NCBI GenBank assembly: GCA_030295235.1
Contig: AP026124.1
Span: forward strand, 620,001-684,000
Direction of reading: 5' to 3'
Origin: Fistulifera solaris
Lineage: Eukaryota
Length of the DNA stretch: 64,000 bases
Below are positions 23,834 to 37,574 of the stretch, piece by piece. The notes beneath the pieces were generated by a model. The model was not told the DNA's origin. It ran no database searches and saw only the letters and a program-made list of their open reading frames with translations. The position numbers and the translations under genes are program-made. Within the stretch, counting starts at the first letter, position 1, and every line of letters begins with the position of its first letter.

Positions 23834-24905
23834 TTACAGTGCACTCAACTTGTCCCATGCTACCTGTCCGATTGCGGCATCTTGCGCTCCTGTTCCTGTC
23901 AAATCGACAACAATCAGTTCGTCCCCCTGTCTGCCTGGTTTTCCATTCACCAACTCTCCAAGTTCAGCATAAACATCGGATTCCGTCATAACACCTTCTT
24001 TCAAGGCGGATCGTAGTTCGCCAACTTTTGACGTTTGTTTCGTCAAATCACTAATATATTTGCTAGCCTTCAAAACGTCGACCGGAATTTCTTGTTTCGT
24101 CGGTTGATCACTTCCCGAAGCGATAATAGTCGTACCCGGACGTAGATCATTGAGCTCTAGTACGGTATTTCCGCCGGGTGTTTGAGTGAAAATCACATTC
24201 GACATACCACACAGTTCGGCAGAACACCTTGCCACTTGAAAGTCTAATCCAAGTTCGCCACTCATATCTGCTGCGAACTCATCGGCTCCAGCCAGCCCAT
24301 AAGCAACCCCTCTGAAGTTCGGTCTCACGGCTTTCGCCGCACGTGCCATATTCCTCGCAATTGCTCCACAACCAATAAATCCTATTGTTAAATAGTCGTC
24401 GGGTCGAGTGGTATATTTGAGCGAAACAGCACCTGCCGCACCTGTTCGAAGATCTGTCATGAAGCGATTTTCCTGGAAGACTGCCAAGGGAGCACCTGTC
24501 ACAGCGTCTACCACGATGAAGACTCCGGAACCGGCTGGTAAGTTTTTCTCTAGGTTCTTGTAGAAAGATACGCAGGCTAGTTTGACGGTGAATGTTTTCG
24601 TTCCGGAAACGTAACCACCTTTTATGTGACAGTCACCGGGGCCAGCAGAAGCTGTTTCATGGATTCCGATATGCATAGGCATAGGGACATCGACTTCCCC
24701 CCTTAGCCAAAGCACCAAATGCGGCTTCGACGGATTCGATGGCGTCGGCGACGGAAAGATTTGACGTGACAGTTTCGTAGTCAAACAAGCGCGGAGCAGG
24801 GAAAGCGGAGGTTGCCAGGGCGCGGCGGCTCGCTGCAGCAGAGCATGATGTGAACTTTCCCGCGTTACGAACCAAGTGACGAGATGCAATAGAGAACAAA
24901 GTCAT
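23834..24905 (-). CDS. OCD: Ornithine cyclodeaminase/mu-crystallin family protein, probably mitochondrial
   Basis: TDLRTGAAGA, Rossmann motif IGFIGCGAIA and DLTGTGAQDAA. The N-terminal part lies in another frame, joined at a G6 run (~24700). Arg/Ser-rich presequence. Confidence 0.9.
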
Positions 24906-25241
24906 GTTGATATTGTAGTCAATTCTATCCTTGAATAACTTTGTCGATCAATCATATTAAATGCAAACAACACGCGCAGTATTTCGAGAGATCTTTTTCT
25001 TCGTACGTGGCAACATCGACGTCATGTTTACGTCACTTCCGTTACCGGTAGGACTAAGACGTTTGCGTCCGTCTTCCGTCTTCCACTCTTCGTCTGCCTG
25101 CCTATCGGTCATATCGTCGCAAGCATTCAAACAAAATTCCTCCCGATAAAACAAACCATGACATGTGATCATTAAGCATTATCATTACCTTGTAGCTCTG
25201 TTTCCTCCTTGAACATTGCGTCTGTACCGTTCAAGATCATA

Positions 25242-28200
25242 ATGGATCAACTCTTTGAAGAGATATTCTCTGCGGGGGAAGGCTCGCCTCGGGAAGGATT
25301 CCTACGTCGTCTCGATTGTGCGAAGCGGCTGGTTTTGGAGGGAGACGCAAATACGCGCTCCCGTGTCGATATTAAAACGAGTTTATCTCGGCTTTCTCGT
25401 CGTTCTCCGTGGTTTGTTGATCAGGGTTTAATTAGCGTTCACCACGAGCAAGAGATGGCCATGGCTTGCTTCTTTTGGGAATTTGGAGCATTTTTTAAGT
25501 TGAGGACAGTTCTTGAATCCTTCGCCAGATCGGTTTCTCTCCTTCGAAACCTCAGTGGCACATTTCTAGAACTCTATCTAGAGCCCGACTTCTCTTTTGC
25601 TAAGTTATTTGACGAAACTGGCAGCGGCATATTCTGGTTGCCTGAAATTCTCATGGAGGCCTCTCCGCTGATCAATCGTTACGGAGAGCAAGACAATCGA
25701 CAAAAAGAGTTTCGGAATCAGCGATGGGAAGTACCGCTAGTATACATGCTTTGCGGTGTAGGTTTGGAACTGTATCGCGGTACAGCTTCAATGGCGGAGC
25801 TGTTTGATGCGCTCAGAGCGTCTCTCAACAAGCTGTCGTTTACGTTGCAATCTAGCCGAGAGGCCGGACTGGCTTTGTTTATGTTAGATTCGTTCTTGTT
25901 AGATAATAAAGTTGGAAAAGCCTTACCAGGGATGACGTTGGAACTCTTAAAAAAGAAGCTTGCTGTCCAGAGGTTTGTGGATCGTTCTTTGTACGACGCA
26001 TCTTGGCATTGTCTCTGACAACATTTTTGTTTCAGTTATTCCAGCCTGCACACCGCTGCAAAGGCTGCTTGCCTTTCGCAGACGGACATCAGTGCAAGAT
26101 GCATACAACTTCTAATGAGCTCTGAGTTTGACAATATAGATACAATTGGGGACGATCTGCTTCGTTCATTTTCTATCGGGCCTTACATCAAAGAGTTGGA
26201 CAAAAGAAAGACTCCATCATCAAGCATAGCATTTCACAAACGATGCGCGCTGACATTCTGCAGCCGTCTTATCCCTTGCACGCTTTCATTGAGTATAGAA
26301 TCATGTTTGGTCGCACGTTTGAAGCGATTCAAATAGCTTCAGATATGGAACATCATCAAATCATTTTTGGTCAACGGGCTGTTGAAGATGCTTACAAACT
26401 TGTCGTCAATCATTACTTTCAATCGAACATGCTACTCTATGGAACATGGCAGAGTAGTTACGCCCAAGAATACCTTCATTTTACCGGCGTGCTTGGTTTT
26501 GAAGTTCTCCTTCAAACAGTTGCTAGCCTTCCAACCTATTTTCCAGCGTCGCATTATACTTCTGAAGAGCGACACTATATCTCGACGCAATGCACTAAAA
26601 GTGTGATTTCTCTCTTGGTTCATAAACGTGGAGCCCGATTGGCGATTAATTTAATGTCAAAGTACATGCCAGATGTCATTCCTGAATTCTCGGATATTGA
26701 CAGGGGCATTGACTGGGCCAAACGAATGATGAAACAGGCCAATCCTATTCCAACTTCAATCGAGAGAGAAGAAGTTGGTCCTTTAGTGAGAGCAAAACTA
26801 TATTCGTTAATGGGACGGATGGAGCAAGTAGAAAAGTCATCTGAGTCGGTCATGGAGCAGGAGGATGATGAAGAAAGCGTGCTGTCGACTAGCATTCTAG
26901 AAGTGAACGTTTTCCGAGGCACTGAAGGAGCCATTTCACAAGGAGAAGATGGATATGACGCCGAAGATAGCCAGGACCACAGCTTAACTGAAGATGATGA
27001 AGAGCCGCGTACACCTTCGCTCTCTGGGATTGCAGCTGCATTGATTCCTAAAAAGAGGAATAGCGAAAGTGAATTCTTTTCTTCGGAGCACCCAAATGCA
27101 TCCTTGCAACTAGATCCAGGGTATGATGCAGATAGTCAAGGTCAAACAGATGTCGAAGAAGTTAGAAAAACAAAGAAGCGCAAAGTGGAAACTGGCTACG
27201 AAGCCGGCGAAAGTCAGGGACATACCGATGAGGGAGGAGGAAGAGGAGGAGGGAGTTTCAAGAGAGAACATAGCTGACGAAAACACTGCCGGGTCATTAT
27301 CTTTTGTTTTAGCGGAGACAGAATCACAGAGACACGGTACTCTAAATGGGGTGTCTCGTGCAAGAGACGAGACACCATCTGATGGCATGAGTGCTGCTGA
27401 CGAGCTTACAAGTTGTCATGATGAAGATATTGGTGCGGTATCGTCAGAACTAGATGAGGGTACTGGACCATCCGCCCCTATATATTTACCAGCATCAATT
27501 TCACAACCTCGAGGTTCAGTGTTGGTTCAGTATGCAACGGAAGCACAGCAGAATTTTTTGTCAGGGCAACTATCTTTCGTCGATAGCTCTTTCGCGACCG
27601 ATGACGCTGTCTTAGAATGTGCCTCTCAAGCTGCAAGTGTTGAATCTATAGGTTTGTCGGAAGCGGGGCACTCTGTTGGGGACCATGTGTCTCATATGAA
27701 TAAACCCGATGGCTTAGGTGCCGAGCTTGCACAAGAGTCCAATCATCAGAATGATGTTGGCGCACATGAGAACGTTCATGACTCAAGCCCGCCGACCATT
27801 GAAAGGGATCGCTCGCAAACTGAAACGAATGAAAATAGCAAAGAATTTTATGACAATTCGAATCACGTTTGGATGGAGCGTGATTCCGAGCAGGATGGAC
27901 GAGAAGAAAAGTATTTCGAAAGTGATGCGTCGACTGATCAGGTCACACAATCAGATCAGCCCGTGATGGTATCGGCGTGGAAACGTCCGTTTGCTGATAT
28001 GGAAAACGACAACGATAAACAAGATACCAACGATAAACAAGATACAAGCACCAAGGGAGCTGCAACTAATGTAGCAGACGCTTCATGGGAAGAGCCGATG
28101 GTAAAGCGACCGCGTCGCGAATGTTTTTCTAACGACGAGAAGGACGCAGAAACATTCGAAGACATGAACTTACATACGCGAACCGATGATAGTCAGCAAT

Positions 28201-29906
28201 CGTCTCTTTTGGAGTTACAAGCGGAAAATGGTTGTGGTGAGCAAGCTTTCCGTGGTATTCACGACACAGCCCTATTCTCAATTCGCGAAGACGCTGAATA
28301 TGTTACAGCAGAGCCTCAAAACTTGTCGTCAGCCAATCTAGACATCGATAACGGGGTGAGTGAGGGTGCCTGCTCCGACAACCAATCCGGGGATCAGATT
28401 GACAACGATCAATTGGCTGTGCAAAAGGAGGAGCGGACAATAGAAACTGTTACCGAAGAACATTCTGTTGCTTCTTCGATTGCACAGGAAAAGCCTCCAC
28501 GTAGCACGAGGAAAAATAAAGCAGCCGACGCAAATGTAGAGCCGTCTTCGCCTATGAGCACTATACAGGACCAGGCAGCAATTGTGAGAGAAGAAGAGCA
28601 TTCCATGGATACTTCAATTGCACAGGAAAAACCTCCAGTAAAACAGAACACGAATTTTGCAGCGGCAGCTTTGGGAACCCCTTTGCGAGTGACTCGCAGT
28701 CGAAAGGCAAAGGGTGGAGATGACGACGAACATTCTGTTGCTTCTTCGATTGCACAGGAAAAGCAACCCCGTGGCATGAGGAAAAGTAAAGGAACTAGTG
28801 ACCAAGCAGAAACGGGCGGAAAAGAAGATCATTCCATTGCTTCTTCAATCGCGCAGGAAAAGCCTCTATGGAAACAGAACCCCAAAATAACAGAGGCAGA
28901 ATTAGGCACCCCTCTTCGCGCGACCCGTAGTCGAACAACCAAAAGTGGAGACGATGGACATTCCGTGGCTTCTTCGATTGCACGGGAAAAGCCTCCACGT
29001 AGCACGAGGAAAAACGAAGCGAATGAGAGCCGAGCAGCCATGGGTGGAGAAGAAGATCACTCCACGGCTTCTTCAATTGCAAAGGAAAAACCTCCAGTAA
29101 AACAGAACACGAATTTTGCAGCGGCAGCTTTGGGAACCCCTTTGCGAGTGACTCGCAGTCGAAAGGCAAAGGGTGGAGATGACGACGAACATTCTGTTGC
29201 TTCTTCGATTGCACAGGAAAAGCAACCCCGTGGCATGAGGAAAAGTAAAGGAACTAGTGACCAAGCAGAAACGGGCGGAAAAGAAGATCATTCCATTGCT
29301 TCTTCAATCGCGCAGGAAAAGCCTCTATGGAAACAGAACCCCAAAATAACAGAGGCAGAATTAGGCACCCCTCTTCGCGCGACCCGTAGTCGAACAACCA
29401 AAAGTGGAGACGATGGACATTCCGTGGCTTCTTCGATTGCACGGGAAAAGCCTCCACGTAGCACGAGGAAAAACGAAGCGAATGAGAGCCGAGCAGCCAT
29501 GGGTGGAGAAGAAGATCACTCCACGGCTTCTTCAACTGCAAAGGAAAAACCTCCAGTGAAACAGAACACGAATTTTGCAGCGGCAGCTTTGGGAACCCCT
29601 TTGCGAGTGACTCGCAGTCGAAAGGCAAAGGGTGGAGATGACGACGAACATTCTGTTGCTTCTTCGATTGCACAAAAGAAGCCTCCCTCAAGTCAGAAAA
29701 AGAGTAGAGTAACAAATAGGAATGCCGAACCATCACAGGCTACCGGACAGACTGAAGTTGATGAAAACAAAGAAACAGTCGCAGGCATAGCAGCATCTAC
29801 TCCCATGCGTGTGACGCGCAATCGAGCAGCTAAGATTGCCGAGGAAGCTGCACAAAGCAGGGTCCTTCGAAGCCAGAAAAAAACAAGAGGTGCAGATCAA
29901 AAGTGA
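25242..29906 (+). CDS. Large protein: helical N-terminal half (tentatively ELYS/HOS1-like) and acidic/basic disordered repeat tail
   Basis: Four ORFs join through intron 25973-26035 and frameshifts ~26207 (A-run) and ~27232 (G-run). The ELYS resemblance is weak (LHAFIEYRIMFGRTFEAIQ plus overall architecture). Confidence 0.6.
28612..29673 (+). repeat. In-frame 459-bp (153-aa) tandem repeat, ~2.3 near-identical copies
   Basis: Sequence at 28612 recurs at 29071 and 29530. Identical antisense ORFs at 28614/29073 and 28829/29288 confirm the 459-bp period. Confidence 0.95.
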
Positions 29907-30053
29907 GAACCTGTTTTTAAGATGCTTTAAGGAGTCTAGTAACATCACGGACTTAATACTGAACAAATAAATCACGATAGCATTTAACAAAAAAAAACAA
30001 CGCTACAGCTGCTTTAAAACAATGAAGAGCAAAACATATTAATAAAACATTCT

Positions 30054-32037
30054 TTACTTGTTCGTCAAGTTTGCCATCAGATGAGGATCGTTTGCAGCAA
30101 GTTTCGCTATCCTTAGCATTTCTTGATCATGGTACACACTCTTACTGGGCGACGCTGCAGGTTTATCACTTGCTCCAGTCGAATCAGGACTACCGATGAG
30201 CCGCCGAGCGCCAAGCTCAGCTTCTAGTTTTGCTTTTGCCTTTGCCAGATAGCTTTTCGATGCTGAATTCTCAGGGTCGTATTTCAATGCAGTGGTATAG
30301 GCCGAAACCGCCCCAGCGTAATCTTTCATGAAAAAAGCGACTAAGGCCAAGTCGTGCGTGCGCTTTGCCATAGTTGGGGTTTAGTGCCAGAGACTGCAGA
30401 GAGTCTTTTTCTGCCTCTGGATACCTCTCCATGTAACATAACGAAGCCGCACGGTTTGAATAATAAACGTGTGAATTAGAGCCATTTGGACAGCATTGAA
30501 TGGCTTTGCCGTAAGCATCGAGAGCTTCAGCGTACTCTCTTTTCGACATGCAGCTGTTGCCAATAACCTTCCACTTTTCTGCTTCGCGTTCTCCAGATGC
30601 GTTCACGTAGAGGTGTTTCTGATTCGAGGATTTATCCCACTCGCTCACTACGGAAAAGCTAGAGCTTAAGGTCGTAGGATTGTCTACGGGTTCCGCCAAA
30701 CGCTTCGCGGCCTTTTCGAGATAATTCTTGCTGCTTTTACTGTCGGGTTCATATTTCAGTGCCACAGTGTATGCTTCTATAGCTTGTCTATAATTTCCAA
30801 GCAAAAACTGTGCCAGCCCCAAACGGGCGTGGGCTTTGCCATAGTCAGGTCGAAGTGACAAGCTGCGCTCCGAATCCAAAATAGCTTCATTGAACCTCTT
30901 CATGCTAACCATCGCTGCGGCTCGATTGCTGAAATAAACATGAGAATGAGGTCCTGAAGGCGATATTTTCAGGGCCTGAGTGTAGCAATTTGCTGCCTCT
31001 TGAAATTCCTTGTCTTGCATATGCGTATTTCCCATAGACTTGAATCTTTCTGCTTCTTGAATGTCCTTTGGGTTTTGGACCGACGACGAAAGAGGCCCGT
31101 AATCTGAATCATCGACGTTCTTTGACGGCATTCGACTTTTAGATCCTGGTCTCTGTGACGCACTACCACTTTCAACACGTCCACTTAGCGCTTGCTGAAT
31201 ACGTTGAGTTCTACGCTGCATCAGCTGTTCTGCCGCAGAATGAACAGCCAAGTCTCCCATAGTGTCGTTCTCTTCTTTCGCAGCAATTTTATTACGAAAC
31301 TTCGCAACAATTTTACGATAGCGATCTTCATAGATTCGTTTCTGATAGCTTTGCAGATCCTCTCCTCCCAATTGCTCAACACTCGAGGACGATGTTGGGT
31401 CGAAGAAGCCTCTCGCTTGTACTGCCTGAAGAAATTGATGAAAGAGAGGAGACTGAATCATGTCTTTCTCTGCTTCAAGCCGCGTTCGAGCCCCTAAACT
31501 AGCCAGGCCAGCAGTTGCGATTTCTCCCAAAGTGAGAGCGCCTTTCAAAGCAGGCCCACTCGCCAGACCATTCAAGGGGTAAAATCTGTAAACATTGCTG
31601 GGATGCGAGTCGTCGTATTCGTACCAATAATCGTCTTCCTCTTTCTGTTGACCCAATTCACTGTCTCGACTGTTCCCTTCATTTCTAACGTAAAGGATCT
31701 CACTTTCCATCGCAGAGAGACTAGGAAGATTTTCCCTCAAAGATTCGGCGGGTAGTGTAGCATGTGTTCGAGCTTTGTCGAAATATGGATCACTATCTCT
31801 GCCCAAGTGACTCGGAGTGACAAAAGCACGCCCGAGTGCCCAACACGCAATTGTCAAGTAGTCGGCATCCAGGCCCTCCACGGAACGAAGAGCATGTGGC
31901 GGGTAAACTCTCCGCAGATCTCTCAAATAATCGAGACAAAGCAACACGAGTTCGTTTTCATTCGGAAGACTGTGAAATTGCCCAGGATCACAGGGATCTT
32001 CCTCCAAAGCAAGATTTTCACCTGTGATGTCTCCCAT
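30054..32037 (-). CDS. SGTA/Sgt2-like co-chaperone with two TPR domains
   Basis: Two triple-TPR blocks (AERFKSMGN...YFSNRAAA...PDYGKAHARLG; AEKWKVIGN...YYSNRAAS...PNYGKAHARLG). N-terminus ELVLLCLDYL resembles the SGTA dimerisation region. Frameshift at a T-run ~30333. Confidence 0.85.
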
Positions 32038-32697
32038 TGCTTGTGATTTAATATTGTCGATGTCTTTTGTTTTGTTGTAGCTTCTATTGCTTTTCAATAA
32101 TGTAAAAAAAAGTCTAGGTTGTCTCACACTTTGTAGTTTGCGCGTTTGTGATTGCGCACCAATTTTTGTGTAATACTATCCTGTATGAAAATCTTATCTG
32201 AATACCGCTTTCATTGTTAAGTATTTGTTGTGGATATTAATAGTTCAATATAAAGTGTATAAAGAATATCCTGAAATGTATTGATATATAATGGATACTA
32301 TGCGACGGTTGGCGAGTGGGTTCTAATTAAGAAGTGCCGTGAAAACGAGGAAAGGAGCCGATGGGCGACGATATGAGATTTCGTCGTACCAGTTCATAAA
32401 TATCTAATAATTATTTTAGTGGTTGCCGTACCGGTACAGGCAATCAGTAACGGTTAGAAAGGTCGGTCACAACCCAGTGATCTATCAAATGCACAGTGAA
32501 CGGAAAGAATAAATGTCATTGTGACATTGGAAGTCCCATCAAATACTACTGAAACGTGTAACGAGACTAAATAAATTTCTTGGAATTATGACCTTATTCA
32601 CAATGACCCCGAAAAGCTCACGAATTTGCCCCCATGTGACCATCATTGATCTTACGATCCAAGCAAAGACCCTGGTTTTCGTGTGCCTCTTGGCATC

Positions 32698-33932
32698 ATG
32701 CAGATCGATTCCCATGCTGGCATTGACCACCAAGAAGAACCTTTTCTTCGAGAGGTATCAGCGCAGTCGACTTCTAGTAAAAGCGCCGGTCCGGCGATGT
32801 CTCTTCCCACCGGTTTATCTGCCCTAATACAGGCAGCAACTTCCCACCTTGGAATTCCTGCTGATCAACCGAAAACTGCAGTCACACACTCATCAAACAG
32901 AGTCTTCGCTGTACCAAAGTCCGATGATACCAGTGAAGAGGGAGTCGATGGGCCTCAAAGTAAACCCAATCAATCTAGAACACCAGTAATGATCCCAGAG
33001 CCAGATCCCAGGAAGCAGTCTTTTCCGGAACTGCTAATGACTCTTGCAATGGATCCTTTGAACGTTGATACAATCGCTTTTCTTCCAGACGGAAAATTTT
33101 TTGCTATACGAAGTCAAACTTTCTCTCTAAAGCTAATGACAGAACATTTCGTGATAGAAACGTTTGCTGCGTTCCTTGAGGTACTAGAGGATTGGGGTTT
33201 CACTAGAGTCAAAAAGATGAGCATTGTCTCGGAATTGAAGTGTTCCACCATCCTTTGTTTTTAAAAGGTGATTGGATTAGATGCTCTCAGATTGAATACG
33301 GAAAATCACCCACCGAAGTAAGAATCTCAGCGCTCCCTGAGAGAGCTCGCTTAGAGTTTTCGTATTCACCACCAGATGATAGCGAAAAATCTATCGGAGT
33401 TCATTCAAAACGAAGGCTCTCACCAGATTGTGCTTTAAACCGCGAAGCTGTTACGACTCTATCATGGCAGAAGAAGAGGGCTGATAATGTCTCGAGCTAT
33501 CTTCAAAATAGCAGTAGCCGTCGGAGTAGCATGACTTCAGCGGCATCCGATCTACATCCTGATGCGTCCTTCACTGGTGTGAACCGCACTGACGATCTCA
33601 GAAGCATCGCGCTAGCGATAACAGCAGATAAACTTCGAATCAGATGCGGTGATTTACAATTAAAGGGATCCCAGCCGTTGATAGACTGCGCAGTCCAATC
33701 TGCAACTCAAAATATTGTCACTGACGCTATTGAAACATTGCTCAGAGACGAGACTCATACACAAGAGACATATCGGAGGCACGAACGCGAGCTTTCTAAG
33801 TCATCACTTCCGGGCTTAGTTCCGATCAGTAAACAGCTATTTTCACTAGTCAGTGAAGACTTGTGCGACCATAGCACGGACGCCAAAGCATCCCCTAAAT
33901 CAGAGGAAGAAGACGAGCGTCAAACTGATTGA
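32698..33932 (+). CDS. Divergent HSF-type DNA-binding-domain protein
   Basis: SFPELLM...IAFLPDGKFFAI...FAAFLEVLEDWGFTRV...FHHPLFLKGD. Frameshift at an A-run ~33213. Confidence 0.8.
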
Positions 33933-34137
33933 GCGAACTATGTATTGCTGAGCCGTTTCTTTGCTGTCAACCATCGATTGTGCAACCTGAAGGTATACCT
34001 TAATACACTCAAGGATGAGCACTCCAATCGAACGGTAGACCAAATGGTATGACATCATCAATGAAGCGTCTTTAAGGTAGTATCATCTACTAGAACTTTT
34101 GTTTAAATAACACTTATCTTAAATTTTCCCCACAAAT

Positions 34138-37100
34138 CTACTGGAGCCATAAGAAAGGTTTCCCAGGAGTCGCATTTTCGGCCAGATTATTGGGGGCATC
34201 GGCAGCTTCATCAGTCCCTAGTTTGACGACGTTTAATTCTGACACGTTTACTTGCTTCATGATATATTCCTTGACCTCATCCAATAGAGCCTTTTGATCG
34301 AAGGGCATTTGAACATCCATAGCGGAGGCACCAACATCTTGAACTTCGCTTTTCACGAAGGATGCGTATTGCATCGTGTTTTTCAAAAGCTTCTTGTCCG
34401 AAACATTTTTTGCCGCCCAATCTTTAAGGTCTTTCCCGAAGGTAGACGGGAAGCCCGTGCCCGGTTGAAACTGCTCTTGCATCCAAATCATAACTTTCAC
34501 CTTCCAGTCAGGGAATGTGTCAGACACAAGAATTGTTGCCCTGCTGTAGCTTTTTTTGTGTTTTCCTGCGGTAGCACGGAAATCTCTCAAGCTGGACATC
34601 AAAAATTTAACTTGCCTAGTTAGCATCTTGTCTTCTTCATTCGCTTCCGGCCATGGAGCATGCACGGCTAAACCAGCTTCGCCGGTTTCCTTCCAGAGAC
34701 TTTCCGACCTTAATTGGTGTAAGTAGTGCAACCCATTAGCCTAATGAGGGACACAACGTATTTTCATTGACCACTGCGTCACTTACCAGTGCGGGCAAAT
34801 CGGACAAATCATTATGATAACACTTCGCGCCCACTTTCGAACCACATCGGCATGCATGGCTACATTACTATCTTTGCACCAAGAGCGGTAAAAGTCACGA
34901 GCAATCAGCATTTCGAACCAACCCTGTTTCAAGCCCTCTTTAAATTGCATCGTCGAGAAAGCTTTCGCGGTGGCTTCGATATGCCGGTTCGTTTCATTGA
35001 TCAAAATTTTGTCCATTGTATTCATTTCACCTGAGCGGAGATCAGAAGAGGACAACGTTTCTTTGATCCATCCTTCTTCGGTCACCAAAGTAAGAATCGC
35101 AGCGTTCGCTGTATCTCGTTCAAAGTTTGCATCATCAAGCGAGTCGCCAGCGTCAGCACAAGCAAAACGAGTTGCATCGGCCCCGTATTCATCGATGGTC
35201 TCATTCAGAATCAAAAATTTCCTTTACTTTTGCTCATCTTTTCAGCGTCAACAAGGACGTGACCATTGCAGTAGTAACTTTTAGGCCACAGATTTGGTTC
35301 CTCCTCCCAAATCGCTGCGTGGTTGAAGAGAGCCATTGTCAAATGGTTTGGGATCAAATCTTTAGCACTCACACGTAGGTTCATCGGATACCAGTATCGG
35401 AATTCGGAGCGCATTTTGTCAAGAACATTCTGAGAAATCTTTGTAGACGGCATGGGACCATTTCGATAAATATAGTCGAACACTTCTTTTGTCAAGTCCT
35501 CAGGATTAATTTTGCCAGGTGACAACTCCTGGTTACCGTTCAAATTATTCTCTCCTTGAAGGTAATGCGCAATGGTGTAATAAGCCATGTAAACGGTACT
35601 ATCTGACAAACTCTCAATGACCCATTGCTTGTCCCACGGAAGAAATGTCCCTAGTCCAAACTGTCGTGTACACGCCCATTCCTTAAGCCAGCCCACTGTG
35701 TATTCGTAACGGCTTAAAGCGCTGGGGTCATAAGCGTCAAACGCGTCCGAATTCAAAACGTGCTTCCTCACAGCTTCACTCCAAGTCTCTTCGCCATAAG
35801 CAAGATACCACTGATCCGTAGCAGCAACGACGCACTCATCGTTTGTTCTCGAAACAACCTTAGACTCCGGTTCAAAATACAGGCAAGCAAGACCATCTTT
35901 GATCATTTCTTCCTTGATGATGGGTTTCGCCTCGCTGACCTTCTTCCCGCTGTGAGGACCGAAGGTCATCATTCCCATGGTGAAACCTTTTAAGTATGTC
36001 TCGTCTTTGGCTTGCGTGAGTTTCGCCTTGTCATTAATTGAAACGATTTTTAGCTTTTCACACATGTAGACAGCAGATGTATTCCCGTATCCTTCGATAG
36101 AAATGATAGGCACTACGTTGTAAGGCATGACCATATCGTCTGTGATGTCGAATTTCGCACGAAAATCCGGTTTATCCTGCAGCACCTTCAACGAAATATA
36201 ATCGTCTGGAGCATCGCTGGGAACCGAAGTAACGATGCCAGTTCCTTTTCCCATGCTAATCGTCAATAGCGGCAAAGTGTATACTTTCTCGTAGGTTGCC
36301 AAAGGTGCTTTCAACGGCAGACCGAGAAGTTCATCGCCGGTAAAGTTTTCCAAGCACGTGATTTGACCGAAATCCTTCGTGAAATATTCATTGCCTTGGT
36401 ATGCCTGGCAGGACAAACCGCGAGCCGCACGAGCGCTCATGATAAAAACCTCATCGGTTGCGTCAATTTGATAAGCACCATACTCACCAGTAGGAAGAAC
36501 AAAGCAGTTGGTTTGTCCGTACATGGTTTCAGGACGAAGCGTAGCAGGAACAAGATAGACTGGTTTCGTTCCCGCTTTTTCGAGCAGCGCCTCCATTTTC
36601 GCATGACGTGCTTGACCGTGATCCGGTGGAAGAACCTTCAACTTAATTAAAACGTATTCTTGGGGACCGACGCCTTCGCCCTCGGAACGATCATGATCGG
36701 CACAGACTTGACCATCAACCAAGCTGTAAACGTTATTCCTTTTCCCAAATAAGATCTTGCCTTTTTCGCGAAGCACTTCAAATTGCCAGCGAATGAAAGC
36801 ATCATAGTAAGGGTTCACGAAGGTGGTGATGAACGAGCGTCTCCAATCGATGCAGGAGCCGAACTTTTTCAAGTGATCCACTCCAAGGGGTGGAAAATAG
36901 GAAAGCCAGTGGAGGGCATCCTGAAAGGCCGGAATCTCGTCTTCACTCTGTACCATTTTTGAAAGAATTTTCCATTGGCGAACAATCCCTCCACCTGTTT
37001 TTTTGCACGAGCTTCGTCTTCTGACCTTTTGCTTTGTTTTCAGGCTGCTGCGCAGCTGCCTTTTCAGCCTCTTCCTTTTCTTTTTAGCATCTGAGCCAAA

Positions 37101-37574
37101 ACTTCAGGATCATCCTCTGGGAACTTGGGCGGGCAACCGAACTCTTCGATCTCGGCCTTTAGTTTGTTCGCAGCCTGTAGGAAGGTGGGACTGATGAGAA
37201 TTTCAAGTTCACAACATCACCCAGCAGCAAGCTGCTCTTACCGCTTGAATAGGCATTCCTGTGCAATGAAAAGCAAAGGGGAAAAGAACATTCTTTCCCT
37301 GATGGCGCTCAAATTGCGCCCGAAACAAAGCTTTCGTCAAGCTAAAGCCGTGGCCGATGTGCAAGTGACCGTTCGAGTACGGATACGGAAACGTGACAAG
37401 AAACGACTCCTTGGTTTCGTCCGGATCCGCATTGAAAGCTCGGTTTGCTTCCCACATTTGCTGCACGGCAATCTCATTTGCGCGAAGGCTATCGCGTTTC
37501 CCCGTTCCTTTGTTGACATTATCTTTGATCGATAGGTCTGCCATTTGAGAGATAGCTTCTGCTGTTGGCGTCAT
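34138..37574 (-). CDS. LARS1: Cytosolic leucyl-tRNA synthetase
   Basis: [53 protein letters not shown] and KMSKS. Introns 37175-37241 and 34709-34786. Frameshifts ~37000 and ~35215. Confidence 0.97.

Noticed and set aside
28612..29673. CRISPR-like array or mobile element
   Set aside because: The repeat is in-frame coding sequence with no unique spacers, cas genes, terminal repeats or transposase.
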